Notes under the pieces: model-generated
Seen by the model: only the letters and a program-made list of their open reading frames with translations
Told to the model about the DNA's origin: nothing
Databases searched by the model: none
Program-made: the position numbers and the translations under genes
DNA from: Hydrolagus colliei
Lineage: Eukaryota
Direction: 5' to 3'
DNA: 64,000 nucleotides
Assembly (NCBI GenBank): GCA_035084275.1
Contig: CM068770.1
Location: 2,232,001 to 2,296,000, forward strand
Part shown: one piece after another, positions 10,510 through 22,830 of the stretch
Layout of the letters: every line of letters begins with the position of its first letter
Numbering within the stretch: position 1 is the stretch's first letter

Positions 10510-11420
10510 GAGGAGCCAGGTCAAAATGGGGCTAGGCATTAAATGGGGTACCTCAGGGATCTGTTGCTTGTGTACATTTAATGACCTGAATCACAGACTC
10601 ATTGTAAGGTGATTACATTTGCAGTTGACACTAATTAAGAGGAAACTGTGGAATGTGAGAAGGTAACAAAAGGTCTTACTAGCAGAACTAAGTGCAGTCG
10701 ATCTTCTGCACACGGGCTGGTCGGTTGGCTGGCAAGTGAAGTTGAACCCTGCTCCAAGCCCCCCGCCCGAACCGCCCCACCATCGGAGGCCGGGCCTTCA
10801 GTTTCTCCGCTCCCACCCTATGGAATGCCATCCCTCAATCCCCCCCGTTTTGTTTCTTCCCTTTCCTCTTTCAAGGCCGGTTTGAAGACTTTCCTCTTCG
10901 ATCGTGCCTTTTGTTCCACCCCCCGAACTCTTTTACCTCCCCTTCGTGTTTCACCCCTTCCCAAACACTCCCCTCCCAGCTTGGGTCACACGCCTCCTGT
11001 GCAGCGCCTTGGGACGTCCTCACCGACGTGAAAGGCGCTCTATAAATGTAATTTGTTGTTGTTGAACCCAGATAACTAAGGTTACCGCTTATGAGAAGTA
11101 AGAATAGGAAACGCATGTAGGGTTAGAACTTACCAAGGTGGGGGAGACTGAAAGAGATCGAGGAGTGTCGGTTGATTCATCGCTCCCCATGTCAAAACTG
11201 CATAAGTCAGCAACAAAGAAGGCAGCCAGCCAGAATGATGAGCTAAATACTGATACACTCCGACAGAGGTTTCGCTTTGGAAAGAGCAATTTCTGGACAG
11301 ACACCAGGAAGTGTTTCTTTTCCCCCAGAAGGTAAGCAATGATCAGAACCGGTTCCCGGGAAGTCGCGGAGACACAGAGCTCATTTAAACAGCAATTTGA
11401 TAGCCTGATGGAAACAAAAA
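10510..11420 (+). mobile_element. Degenerate CR1 ORF2 (reverse transcriptase) relic, interrupted by an L2 3' fragment
   Basis: ggggtacctcagggatctgttg (GVPQGSV), tttgcagttgacact (FADDT-like), gaaagagatcgaggagtg (ERDLGV-like), aggaagtgtttcttttcccccaga (RKHFFSQR-like). Confidence 0.75.
10750..11063 (+). mobile_element. L2 LINE 3' end inserted in the CR1 relic
   Basis: catcggaggccgggccttcag...tggaatgccatccc...ttcaaggccggtttgaagactttcctcttcg (FKAGLKTFLF), hairpin tail and (ttg)n. Confidence 0.85.
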
Positions 11421-11894
11421 CCCAGTAGGATTAATATTTTAGAAGAGTCTTCTTCCCACGAAACTCTCTTATGACCTTGTGTATGAAGCTTGATAAAGTA
11501 GACTTTCAATTACATTTAGAACATTTAGATTTATACCGAGAGTGATTTTGTGAGCTAGTGTTTGAATGACTGATTTTTGAACGATGGCTTTTTGCGGGTA
11601 AGGATGGAGTGAGATCACAAAACAGTCACTTGTTAAGAATAAACATCTCCACAATGGATTTATCTGTTGCCATTGGCCTGCGATCCTTTCCATCGTACTT
11701 ATTTCCTTGGCTTTGCTGTGGCGTGGATGGATGTGGCATCTTATCCAATTTGATCCACTGTAAATACAACTTTTGAGGTTAAACACGGCGACAGTTCGCA
11801 TAAGGTCTTGTACGAAACTCACCAGAACATGGTTCTTATAGGCCAGTCGTAAACAATAGAAGAAAAGGCAAATAAGACAAAATTTTCTGGGGGG

Positions 11895-12030
11895 TTTCGC
11901 TCACAAAATATACAGTCAATTCATTTCACAGTGTATTCTGTGAAGCACTTTGAGACATCCCAAAGACTCGATAAGACTATCACTTGCCATATCAAGTGCA
12001 AGGATTATTATTATAAATAAATAAATAAAC
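11895..12030 (+). mobile_element. SINE 3' fragment
   Basis: Matches the family tail. Confidence 0.8.
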
Positions 12031-12694
12031 AACCATTTACCTATGTTGGATTTCCAAGCAATAGAGATTGTCATATCACACCAGCTTAGCTCACTCTTGC
12101 GTTTAAGATGTAGCCTTGATGGGACAGCTGCCTATTAATCATCTGTTGTATCCATTATTGTGTGAATATAACTTGGCATCTCTCCACTCTTCTGTCGAGC
12201 AGAGAGCTGCGTAATATACACACAATGCACACGATTAAAATAATATAGCAAAACTCAGATTTCCCTAGAAAATAGTCATTATGCACAGTAATAAATCTTG
12301 TGAAGGGCTTTGAAATGTTGCAATGACATGAAACAGGACTCAATAGAATCAAATCAAGGATCATTATTTCTACAGTACATGATATTCTTTTTTAGAAAAT
12401 TAAAAACAAAAATGAAAACAACAAAAACAGGGATAGAAATGACAACTTCAAACAAATGAAAACTTTTAATATAAATCGTCCATAAGTTTGGATCCGGTTT
12501 CCTTCCAAATGTTGTTATGGAACAACAACAACTTTTAACACCTATTTATTGTAAAGCTTTTCATGTTCCAACAACTCTCTGCTAAAATCTTCTAGCGTTT
12601 GTTATCTAGTCATAATCCTCAATTTATTTGTCTTTGTCTCTTTTCTTCGCTCAGCGCTAAATGGGAGGCTAAGCGCAAGTTGTTGTTGTTGCCT

Positions 12695-13050
12695 CATAAG
12701 AACATAAGAATAAGGAGCAGGAGTAGGCCATTCAGCCCCTTGAGCCTACCCGCCATTGAATAAGATCACGGCTGATCTCCGAATCTAACTCCACCTGCCC
12801 CGCCTTATCCCCATATCCCTTAATCCCTTTATCCATAAGAAATCTATCAATCAAGTGTTGAATATGTTCGGGGATTGAGCATGTACAGCCTTTGGGGTAG
12901 AGAAATCCATAAATTCACTACCCTCTGGGTGAAGAAGTGTTTCCTCAACTACGCATAAAGGCTGAGCTGAAAAGGCTGAAAAAAGGCTTAAAACTGTAGA
13001 TACTAGTTATAGTTTCTCCAACCAGGGGAAACAGTCTCCCAGTGTCTCGC
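12695..13050 (-). mobile_element. CR1 LINE 3' end
   Basis: cataagaacataagaataaggagcaggagtaggccattcagcccc (octamer tail), and reverse-strand FFTQRVVNLW-like sequence (ttcactaccctctgggtgaagaag). Confidence 0.88.
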
Positions 13051-13559
13051 CAGTCAGTCAATACCTTGCTAGCGTGAATTATGTTCCATCGATAAGAGTC
13101 TTACGCTGATTTGAATCTCACACACAGAGTGGTGCAGCTCAGAACCAGGCCACCTGGTCCATGTTGGTGTTTAGACTCCGCGCACATATGAGAACGACCT
13201 ACCGAAGAACTTCTACTCGCTCTGGCCAAAAAACACTGCAGAGCTTGGCATCTGTGTGATGTTATTTGACATCTTTCTTGAAAAATCGTTTGCTCAGCTC
13301 CACTCGAAGCACTTGGGCTAACTAATCCAATTATTAATCACTGTCTGTGTTGACTAAAAATAGTGCCGATAAAACCTTGTCTAAACCTTATTATTTTCCA
13401 TCAGATCCTTTTAGGGATTGAAACTCTGCTTTATCTAATACTCAGTTCAGCGAGCCCGGCGAGAGGCTGTTTTTTTTTCATGATCGAACATCCGCAGCAG
13501 GTGTTTGTGTGATGTCACTGTGGGCAAACTCATTGTCATTGTTCACCTGCAAAATATAT

Positions 13560-13833
13560 TGTCTTGTAAGCCAGAGAACCTGGGTTCGATTCCCGTCAGG
13601 GCAAAACCTTGGGCGAGTTTCCTTACTTCCAGAGTCCTGATAATACTTGCTCGAAATTTTTTAAGTATATACATTTCAATCCATGACCGTTTGGGGGACG
13701 CTGCTGTGCGCAATTTGCTGCCATGTTTCGCCTACAAATATACAGTCAATGCACTTTAAAGTATAATCTGTGAAGCGCTTTGAGATGTCAAGAAGACGTG
13801 AACAGCTCAATATCAAATGCAAGGATTATTATT
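13560..13833 (+). mobile_element. SINE, near full-length
   Basis: B box gggttcgattccc, body and tail. Confidence 0.88.
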
Positions 13834-13854
13834 AACCTAATGACTTGGTAGTAT

Positions 13855-14032
13855 GTCCTCTTCGACCATGCCTTCTGCTGCCCTCCTAACTCTCCCCCCT
13901 TTCCTACTCTTCCCTCTGCCCCTACTCCAATCCTTCCCCCCCCCCTTGCTCGGGTCCCAACCCAAACTGTTCAGTGCTTTGGGACGTCCTTTCGACATGA
14001 AAGACGCTCTATAAATGTAATTTTGTTGTTGT
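13855..14032 (+). mobile_element. L2 3' end
   Basis: ctcttcgaccatgccttc...gggacgtcctttcgacatgaaagacgctctataaatg followed by (ttg)n. Confidence 0.8.
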
Positions 14033-15694
14033 GTGCGGAGTTTGTGTATGTCCCCGCATCTCCTGGTATTTATAGTTAAGAAGTCTGAGATGCCTACAAG
14101 ATATCTGGTAATAGCTGAAGATGAAGAAATTCTTTAGCCTGTCGACAACCTAGTTTCCGCTGCAGTGTATCGAACAGGAACTCACCCTCCTCACTTTCAG
14201 GCTGGAAAGAAAAGTGATTTCACAACCAAACGAGACACAGTGCAACCAGAGCTAAATCACTGAATAAAGTGAGCTGTGTATATTGGAAAGTAGTTTGCCA
14301 TTTAGAGGGTGTAACTCCAAAGGAAAACATACTTTGAAAATCGTACCTATTCTTTTGTTCCAGGCTGGACCAAACGGTTAACAAGTCAAATAAGTACGTA
14401 GAGTTGTTTTGAGTTGAACCCAGACTGTGCAATCATCAGTCATATCACTGCACATGTTAAAACCAGTTCCTCCTGCCAAATGTTGTGCTGAATCCATGCC
14501 TACACATGTATATGTTTCACACAAACTCTGGTGCGTTATTCGCGATCCAGTTAAAAAGTACAAGACCTACAGAAACTGGAGATTGTATTTTAAATGTTTC
14601 ATTTAGTTTCCCACTTTCATTTGGTTCTGATTCAGCATTGACTGAAAGCCCCCAGAACGTCAAAGCCCTGGCCTCGTTAAGGTCCTAGTTACAGATATAG
14701 GCCTCTGCTATTTCTCAGCAAACAGCAGGCGAACAACACGGCAGATTCACGATGCAGAAGTGAACAGCAGTGAAGGATTGGTGAAAGGCTCGGGTCCTCA
14801 ATCAGACCTGGAAAATGGATGGGACTGGTTTCTGTGACGTGTGCCAAGGCCATTATTCTGTGGCAGCCTTTCGTTTAGCACAAAATCACATGCAATTAAT
14901 CCCTGTGTAAAATGATGTACAATTAAAATGATTAATATTTGGTTTAAGTCATTACTGAATTGCCAACGTGCTTTTCTGTTGCAGCCAATTTGCTCATTTA
15001 ACTCATGCCATGGCACAGATTGCCCTGTTTGGTCCAAACATTCGTCAAAGACTAACTAGCATGAAATCCGAATTGTTTTTTCATTTGAACAGAGTGTCTT
15101 TCTGAGCAGAGAATAATTTTCTCTGTGGCAATTAATCATTCCCATGAAGCATATTCAGACCGAAATCAGTTTGAAAAATGTATGTTGAACGCAAGTTTAA
15201 TTGATCTAATTAATTTTACTGGGTGTAGCTACGAGCCACGCTTTGATTTATTTATACGTTCGTTCAGCGATTTGTTTTTAAAATGTTTGACCGTTCGGTA
15301 GCACCACTTAAGGAGTAATTATTGACTAAATAATATGATTCTACTTCTAGACTATATACAGTACTTAGCTCCTTTCCAACCTGAAGGTAGAGCACACTCA
15401 CTATCGCTCAGAGACTGGTGATGTATGTGTGTGATGAGTGGGGATGGGGGGGGTGGATGGTACGGTATAGATAGGATGGCTATCGGATCGAATGAAATAA
15501 CATTTCCTCTCTGGCTTTCCGACTTTCTCGTCTCTTCTGATGATGTTGACTGACACTGAAGTACGCTTCCAACAGTGTCGGTCACACTCCAGGCTATCAC
15601 ACAAGTGGACGTCCGTCAAGTGTGAGCCAAGGCATGCAGTGTTGACAGGGCATTGAACGCAATGGGGATCACTAGTCAAACTAACATGAAGTAT

Positions 15695-15852
15695 NNNNNN
15701 NNNNNNNNNNNNNNNNNNNNNNNNNNNNNNNNNNNNNNNNNNNNNNNNNNNNNNNNNNNNNNNNNNNNNNNNNNNNNNNNNNNNNNNNNNNNNNNNNNNN
15801 NNNNNNNNNNNNNNNNNNNNNNNNNNNNNNNNNNNNNNNNNNNNNNNNNNNN
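15695..15852. other. Assembly gap (158 N)
   Basis: Run of N in the sequence. Confidence 0.99.
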
Positions 15853-16467
15853 GTAATCAGGGAGACCTTCTATATCCCAGTGGTAAAGCAGCCAATTATA
15901 ACACTCAAACCCCCGCATGGCGTTTATTTTTTTTTAAGCACAAAATCTCTGTCGCTTGTTTCAAAAGCATAATTGACGACGAGAACAGGCAGCTGTGGTT
16001 GAAATCGAGGCTAAGATTTTGTCGTAACGCTGAAAAACAAAACGCCACTGAAGCTCTCCCTCCCCAGCAATCTGCTTGAATTGCGCTTGATGAAGGCTTA
16101 ACCAAAAACGAGGGGCCGCGTTGAAACGATTCTCCATGAAATAAAATGGATTCCAATTATCCTTGTTCTGATTTCGCCAGTGACCTATGTATGGTTGTCG
16201 GTGGCGGTTGAATTTATTTTGAGGGCAAGGGATCTTTTAAAAAGACATTCTTTGGTCACGCCACTTTTCAACAGCCCAAAGACAATCTCTTACATAACCA
16301 CTTTCTAAGTGAATATTATTACATAAATAAATTACTGCTTCTATGCATTGTGTTGGGTAATTATAACTTCATTTCAAAAAAACTTGACTGTACCCAGCGA
16401 TTCATATTAAAGTCAGAGGAACAATAATCCAGGTTTTACTTTAGATGTTACCTGATAGAGATCCTTT

Positions 16468-16710
16468 ACAATTCATTTATAAATAGTGCCATTTCACCCC
16501 AATTCGAAGGCATTGTCCAGGGATTTGGACCCGAGCAGGGGGTTGGGACTAAGGTGGGTGGAGGCCAGGGAGGGTAGCGGTAGGAAGGTGCCTGAATTGC
16601 AGTCAAAGAAGAAGGTCTCGACATACGCTTTGAAGGAGAGAGGGATAGAAGACAGACAGGGGGACTGAGGGATGGAGTTCCAAATGAATGGGGAGGTGGG
16701 GGGGTGGGGG
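16468..16710 (-). mobile_element. L2 3' end
   Basis: ttcatttataaatagtgccatttcac...ggacccgagcagggg...gactgagggatggagttcca. Confidence 0.75.
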
Positions 16711-17224
16711 GGACAGAGAAGTCATATTGGGACAAGCCACTCATCTGTGAGAACAAAGCATACATCACAAAACCGCAGAGGGTGGGACCTCGCACTCGGA
16801 TAATTGAATTGCTGATGCTTTTAAAGCGTTGGGTGATGAACTTATGGAAGAAAAATGGTCTGTTTATTTTAACACTTGGCAAGGAACTGGAGAGCTTATG
16901 TCTGGTGATTTGTGTACGACGTGCTAAATCCAACCGGCTAAAACATTTCCAGTAATTTGGTCGGCTCACAGATAATTCTCCTTTATAAATAGATTGCGTT
17001 TTCAACCTGTTTTAAAGAACGGGTCCCTCTTGTAAACAGAGGATACTTTACACAAGTATATTTTGAAGGCAATTGCATAACAGCCATCATTACCATCATT
17101 TACCTAAATAAACGACGCAATAGCGATTTTTATTTTTGTTTCTGTGTTGCATAGAGTATTTTTAAACGTTGGTCTCAGGCCAGCCTTTCGCCTAAATATT
17201 AGCGGGCCAATTCAGTCGAATAAC

Positions 17225-17675
17225 AAATAATTCAACCTTGTTCTTGCACCATATAATGCCTTTCAAATTGAGAGGACGTCTCAAAGCAAATCACATTTAC
17301 TGTAAAATAACATTACTGTAACATTTACTGTAAACTACTTGTGTATTTTGCAGAGAAAAGTGGCAGACAGTTTGCACACTGTTGATATTTTCTGGGGATA
17401 TTGTTGGCCAGGACTCTGATGGGGGGGGGGAAAATTCCTTCACTTTTTGGTTAGTGTCACGGAATCTTTAACATGTACCCAAACAGACAGACAAGATTGG
17501 GTTTAACGTGTCAAACGTCGAAGGACGTTAATTAAAAATACACCTCCAAAAATGCAGTCCTCCCTGGCACTGTGGTGGAATGCCGAGCCTCGACCGATTT
17601 CGAAGTCCCAATGTGGGCTTTGAACTCACAAACTTCTGACTCGGAATTGAGAATACTACCCACTGAGCCAGACAG
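17225..17675 (-). mobile_element. Old, near full-length Deu-domain SINE (SacSINE1/AmnSINE-like)
   Basis: ttggccaggac...gggtttaacgtgtca...cacctccaaaaatgcagtcctccctggcactg...ttgaactcacaaacttctgactc...ctacccactgagcca follows the order of the DeuSINE reverse consensus as I recall it. Confidence 0.75.
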
Positions 17676-18280
17676 ACAGTTTTAACTATAGATACTTCAT
17701 CCCAGACTCGCAGTGTCTGGCACACAGACAACTGTGATTACGGCAGTGGCAGCTGTAATCATGTACCACAGTACTTTCCAACCAACTAAAGCTTGTCGAT
17801 TTCTGCTTGGATCACGAGAAGTTCAGGATCGGTTCAACTAAAACCAACCTCACCTGAGCTTTTTTTGTTATTTCCTGGTCATCGACTGGAACTGTGGGGA
17901 AATGCTATAGGCGATCCCCCCCCATTAATTCACCGTCTCCGTTCAGGGGTGGCAGGAACGTTGAAGGCTCTTGTTTACCGCACTTACCGTATCTTTTTTG
18001 AGTTGGGAGAGTTGGCTCGCGGGAGATTTGTAGCCTATTACTGTACCAAGAGAACATGAGACAACTTCGCCAACCAGCCTAGAATGCGATACATGTCTGA
18101 GAGTTTTGTCAGAGGCACCAGAAATACAAAGCGACGGGAACTGAATGTTTAGTTTGTGCCACACAAGTCGCTTTGCGGTTTGAAAGCATTAGATCAGTGC
18201 AACAAACCTCTGGAGCTAAATCAGGCACCGGCCTGGGAGAATTGTATCGTGTGTTTTCGCAAAGACAGAGAATCCTTGTG

Positions 18281-18932
18281 AAGTTCCATAGCTCAGTGGT
18301 TAGAACACTCGCCCGGCAAGCGAGAGGACCTGGGTTTGACTCCCGGGGAGAGAGAAACATTGGGAAAGTTTACTTTTGCCACATGGTCTGTTTTCTTGGC
18401 AATAAGTAGGAACCCAGTTACTATCGATTGATGGATCACTATTCCTTCAAAAACAAATACTTATAATTTGGTAACTTTTCAAGATCCTCACCCTTGTTTT
18501 CAAATCCCTCCACTCCTCTGCACCCTACCCCTACCTCTCTGATCTCCTCTCCCCCCAAACCCAAACCCGCTGCCTTCGTTCCACCGGATCTGGCCTCCTC
18601 CATGTCCCCCCCGAGTCCTCCGCTCCACCCTCGGCGGCCGTGCCTTTAGCCACTATGCCCCGAGGCTCTGGAACTCCCTTCCTCACTCCCTTCGTCTCGC
18701 CCCCTCTCTTCCCTAAAGACCTTTCTCTTCGACCGCGCTTTTGGTCACTTTTCTACCCCTGCCCTTGGCTCGGTTCCGGGATCCGCTACTGTGAAGCGCT
18801 AACTGAGACGCCATCCGGAGTGGGGATAGGGCACTATATAAATCAAAGTTGTTGTTGTTGTTAACTCAATCCATGACTGGCTGCTGCATTTCACGTGATA
18901 AAATGCTGTATCAAATGCGAGGATTATTATCA
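18281..18932 (+). mobile_element. Long-form SINE (18281-18470 and 18865-18932) split by an inserted L2 3' fragment (18475-18862)
   Basis: Head gttccatagctcagtggttagaacactcg; L2 part aagatcctcacccttgttttcaaatccctccac (KILTLVFKSLH) through to (gtt)n; SINE resumes at actcaatccatgact. Confidence 0.8.
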
Positions 18933-20049
18933 TATGTGAAAAGTTCCTCTCTCCTTGCACTCATCAACACAGCAGCTACAAAGTGCACAACACGCAATTA
19001 ATTGCGCTTTGGTTTGCCCCGGCGCTTTGGGACGTGAAAGGCGCTATATAAGTGCAATTTTGTGGCTGTTGTTGTTAATTGGCTGCCGCGTTTGGTCCAC
19101 AAAATGTACAGTCAATTCAGTCAACGCTTTGATCTGTCACAAAGATGTGATTAAGGCACGATATCAAATGCAAGGATTGTTATTCCTATGATTATCAATA
19201 TTGGATGTGAGGGAACAATGTAAATGGCTGACTTCCATCCAATATGAAGCATAATACTGCAGGTTGGGAAACTAAACCAGATGGACATAGTGAAAAGGTT
19301 CGAGACAAAGAGAGGAGAGAAAATGCCCCGAGGAACAAGCAAAAGCTGTGTAAACGACACATCACAAGGTGCAATTTACGGTATTGGATTAATCCTGGTG
19401 TTTGTTGGCTCCATTTCAGACGCTGAGTGAAAGGATTCAACAATCCGGTTGTGCAAAAGTTATTGCAGATTTTGATCATGAGCAGGGAAGAGAGCAGTCT
19501 GTGATTTTGGTGAACACAGAACGAGTCTTCAGAGCGTTTGAGCGTCTGATAATGTGTGTTTGATCTCTGCTACAGATGGTGTGTTGGCAAGAGGGGAGAG
19601 ACAGGTGGTGTGAGTGAAGCGGAGTTTCAGGCGTAGTGTGCTGATTGAGAGAGGCTAAAAGCATTACCTTGAGTAAGGAAGCGTACTGGACAGTGAGAGT
19701 ATTGTCAGCACTGGTTTGCATTAGACAAACAACAGAGGCAACGCATATCTTGTATCTATTGACAATTAATCGCAGTGATGTTAAATTGCTGACCTTGTTC
19801 TATGTTTATTAGGGCTGACTGAAAGCGAGCTATAATGTCTGACTATTTAGCTCTGCTAAATATCTAAACATGAACGGTACATCTGATAATGTTCAGGGCA
19901 ATATTTTATTCATCAGGGAATGAAAATCGAGGTCAGTACGGTATTTTGCTAAGCAATTTATCAGCAATCAGGTTATTGGATGTACACTTAGAAAATTGAG
20001 GCACAAAGGGTAAGGGAAAAGGGCAAGTGAGGAAAGAGATTTCAATCCT

Positions 20050-20345
20050 CGACCCCCACCCTTTGGAACTCCATCCCACAATCTCTTTGCTTTGCTCCCT
20101 CCCTTGCCTCCTTTAAGGCCCGACTTAAGGCCCTTCTTTTTTGACTGTGCCTTCAGCCGCCCTGCTACCTTTCTTCCCGTCCCTCATCCCAACCCGATCT
20201 CCCCCCCCCCCCCCCCCCTCCCCCCCAACACCCTCCCCCATGCTCGGGACCAGTCAATTCACTTTCCAGTATATCCCGTGAAGCGCTTTGAGACGTCTAG
20301 AAGCCGTGAACAGCGCTATATCAAACGCAAGGATTATTATTATCA
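20050..20345 (+). mobile_element. L2 3' fragment fused to a SINE tail
   Basis: ctttggaactccatccc...gctcgggac joined to cagtcaattcacttt...(att)n. Confidence 0.8.
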
Positions 20346-21182
20346 ATATTATCCTGTCGCAAGTACAAGTTTGAGTGTGTGGTTTACAGCCCAAAGTCCT
20401 GTAATCAGTGTTAGAGAATTCCATAAATTCCTCACGAAAGGTTCACCATGTTACTGACTGATTTTGAGATGCACCTCTATATTCCAAATGTAACCTCACC
20501 AATGGTTGAGATAAGGTTGGGAAAAAAAACACCCTCTTGATGTGCAGGCGAATCCATGAAGAATTGCGTTGGGTTCGTTTAAAAGCAGTTTTCACCTCAG
20601 AAAACGTCAGTGAATAATTATTTGATAACCACACCCTAATTTTTTTTTACTGTTCCCTTGTTTCATGCACCCAACTTCACATTTACCTAACATTCAAATC
20701 CATCTGCCACTCGATGATCATTTATCTTTCTGAACCATGTTAATGCGTGGAACCTGGAAAGGATTATGTTAAAACAAAACACACACAGTGACTTACTTTT
20801 TGATTAACCTTTAGTTTGCAGTGTGCTTTTACGAATGCGTGTGTGCTGTAAGGCACGTAGAAACAGAAGTCATTTATATAAGTCAGAGAAGCACTGGAAG
20901 GAATTAATTTGCTTCGAAAGCATATTATTTTCCCAGGGTTACAAGATAATGGTTACTAGGGAACCGAGGGTCAAACAGAATGTAGCTTTCACTCAGTGAT
21001 ATTCATGGTCACTTTCTGTTGCTCCCCCAAGCCTTGCCTCTCGCTAAACTGCACCAAATGCTTGCGCGATTAAGCGTTTGGTTTGTTCCTCTGGGGAGAG
21101 AGTCCGTACCTCATTCTCGGCAAAGTGGAATTTCTGTGGATAGGCGGAATATGCTCGGTTCGTTTTGGGATGATCTTAAACC

Positions 21183-21540
21183 ACAAAAACAAACAACAAA
21201 ATTACATTTATAGAGCGCCTTTCACGTCGGGAGGACGTCCCAAGGCGCTGAACAGTTAGGTCGGGACCCGAGCAAGGGGGAACGGGAGGGTAGGGGGGTG
21301 GGAGGTGAGGGAGACAGTTGGGACGGGAGAGAGAGAGAGAGTTGGGAGGACAGCAGAAGGCACGATTGACGAGGAGGGTCTTGAAATCGGCCTTGAAGGA
21401 GGCGAGGGAGTGCGAGGCGAAGGGACTGTGGGATGGAGTTCCAGAGTGTGGGGGGCAGAGAGACTGATGGTAGGGCGAGTAGGGCGAGGGACACAGAGCA
21501 GGCCAGAGCCCGCTGAATGGAGGGGGCGGGCAGATTCATA
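21183..21540 (-). mobile_element. L2 LINE 3' end, well preserved
   Basis: (aac)n ttacatttatagagcgcctttcacgtcgggaggacgtcccaaggcgctg...gggatggagttccagagtgtggg. Confidence 0.88.
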
Positions 21541-21541
21541 G

Positions 21542-21755
21542 GCAGTCAATTTGCTTTACAGAATATTCTGTGAAGCGCTTTGGACGTCTAGTAGATGTGG
21601 AAAGTGCTATATCAAACGCAAGAGATATTATTATCGCAACATGTACAGTCAATTCACTTTGCAGTATATATATCCTGTGAAACAATTTGATACGTCCCAA
21701 AGATGTGATACTATATCCAATGCATGGATTTTTATTGTTATAATGCGATTATTAT
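21542..21755 (+). mobile_element. Two tandem SINE tail fragments
   Basis: Each begins near cagtcaatt and ends in (att)n. Confidence 0.8.
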
Positions 21756-22519
21756 TTCTCAGAAAGGATCATTTTGAGACTCGGGTCCAAACCTACTGTT
21801 TCCTCTTGTAGGGAAAGAACCAACGTCTGAACTTTACGGAGTGTGTTCGCTGATGGGAAGAGTTTACAAATGGGAGTTGGTGTGAGGGAGCCTGAAGTCA
21901 GAATTGGTCAGTAAGAATTACTCTGAAGTGCTGGAAATGTAACTGTGCTGTAAATATTAGAGGGGAGGAAATGGCTCCCATCGCGTTAGCATCCTAAACA
22001 CCTGCACATCGCCTCTTGTTGCCAGTCTATAGGATTCAAAGTCTGGCTGTCAACATCAAGATGGGTTTTAGTAATGGAAAAGAAAAGCAGCCTTCAGCTC
22101 AGAAACCTCTTGGCTATTCACTCATCACATACAACTGGGTTCCTGGTGCCAATAGCGTATTTAATTTCATTAGTAAGTGGTATTCCACACTGGCTTAACT
22201 TTGTGGTTGTTTGTAGTTGTCGAGTTTTGGAAGAATCCATAATTCATTAAGGAGCTTAGGGAAATTCTGGAAGGGACACAAATGAAATGGAGATAATTAA
22301 CGAGCATTTGTGGCCTACGAGTCCTGAAAGGCTTTGATTACTTTTCAAACAGCTGCCATGTGGTTTCAATCATGACCCTCGGCAAAATAACTTGTTGATT
22401 TTCCGCTTACTGCCCAGTGAAACACAACAACAAGGAATCTCTGGAACCTCAGCCCAGTTTGAATCAGGTTGTTACAGTCTTGGCTCAAGTGGAAGCTGCG
22501 GAATAGACAATAACACCAA

Positions 22520-22830
22520 CCAAATAATTGCATTTACATAAAACCTCCTTCAAGTCAGAAGGATGACCCAAGGCAAGACACCTGAGCTGGGGGCTTAGAT
22601 TTGGGTGGATGGGGGAGAGGGGTGGTGGTAAGATGGTGGCGTGATGGGACATCCTTTGTAAAGGGAGTTCTAAGGGAGACATTTTGGCAAATTCTTTAAT
22701 TGTGCCTTAACTTTCACCTACATATATACAGTCAATTCACTTCACAGTATATTCTGTGAAGCGCTTTGAGGCGTCTAGAAGACGTGAAAAGCGCTACATC
22801 AAATGCACATATTATTATCATTGTTTTTTA
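22520..22830. mobile_element. L2 tail (-) followed by SINE tail (+)
   Basis: ttgcatttacataaaacctccttcaagtc; SINE tail at 22723-22830. Confidence 0.7.

Noticed and set aside
15653-15918. ORFs spanning the N gap
   Set aside because: Artefacts of ambiguous bases.
16466-17005. 179-aa ORF
   Set aside because: Reads through L2 and CR1 relics and is low complexity.
20200-20240. Poly-C tracts as G-quadruplex elements (also 6796, 26465, 32905, 45655)
   Set aside because: Simple homopolymer expansions, several inside L2 3' regions, with no independent sign of function.
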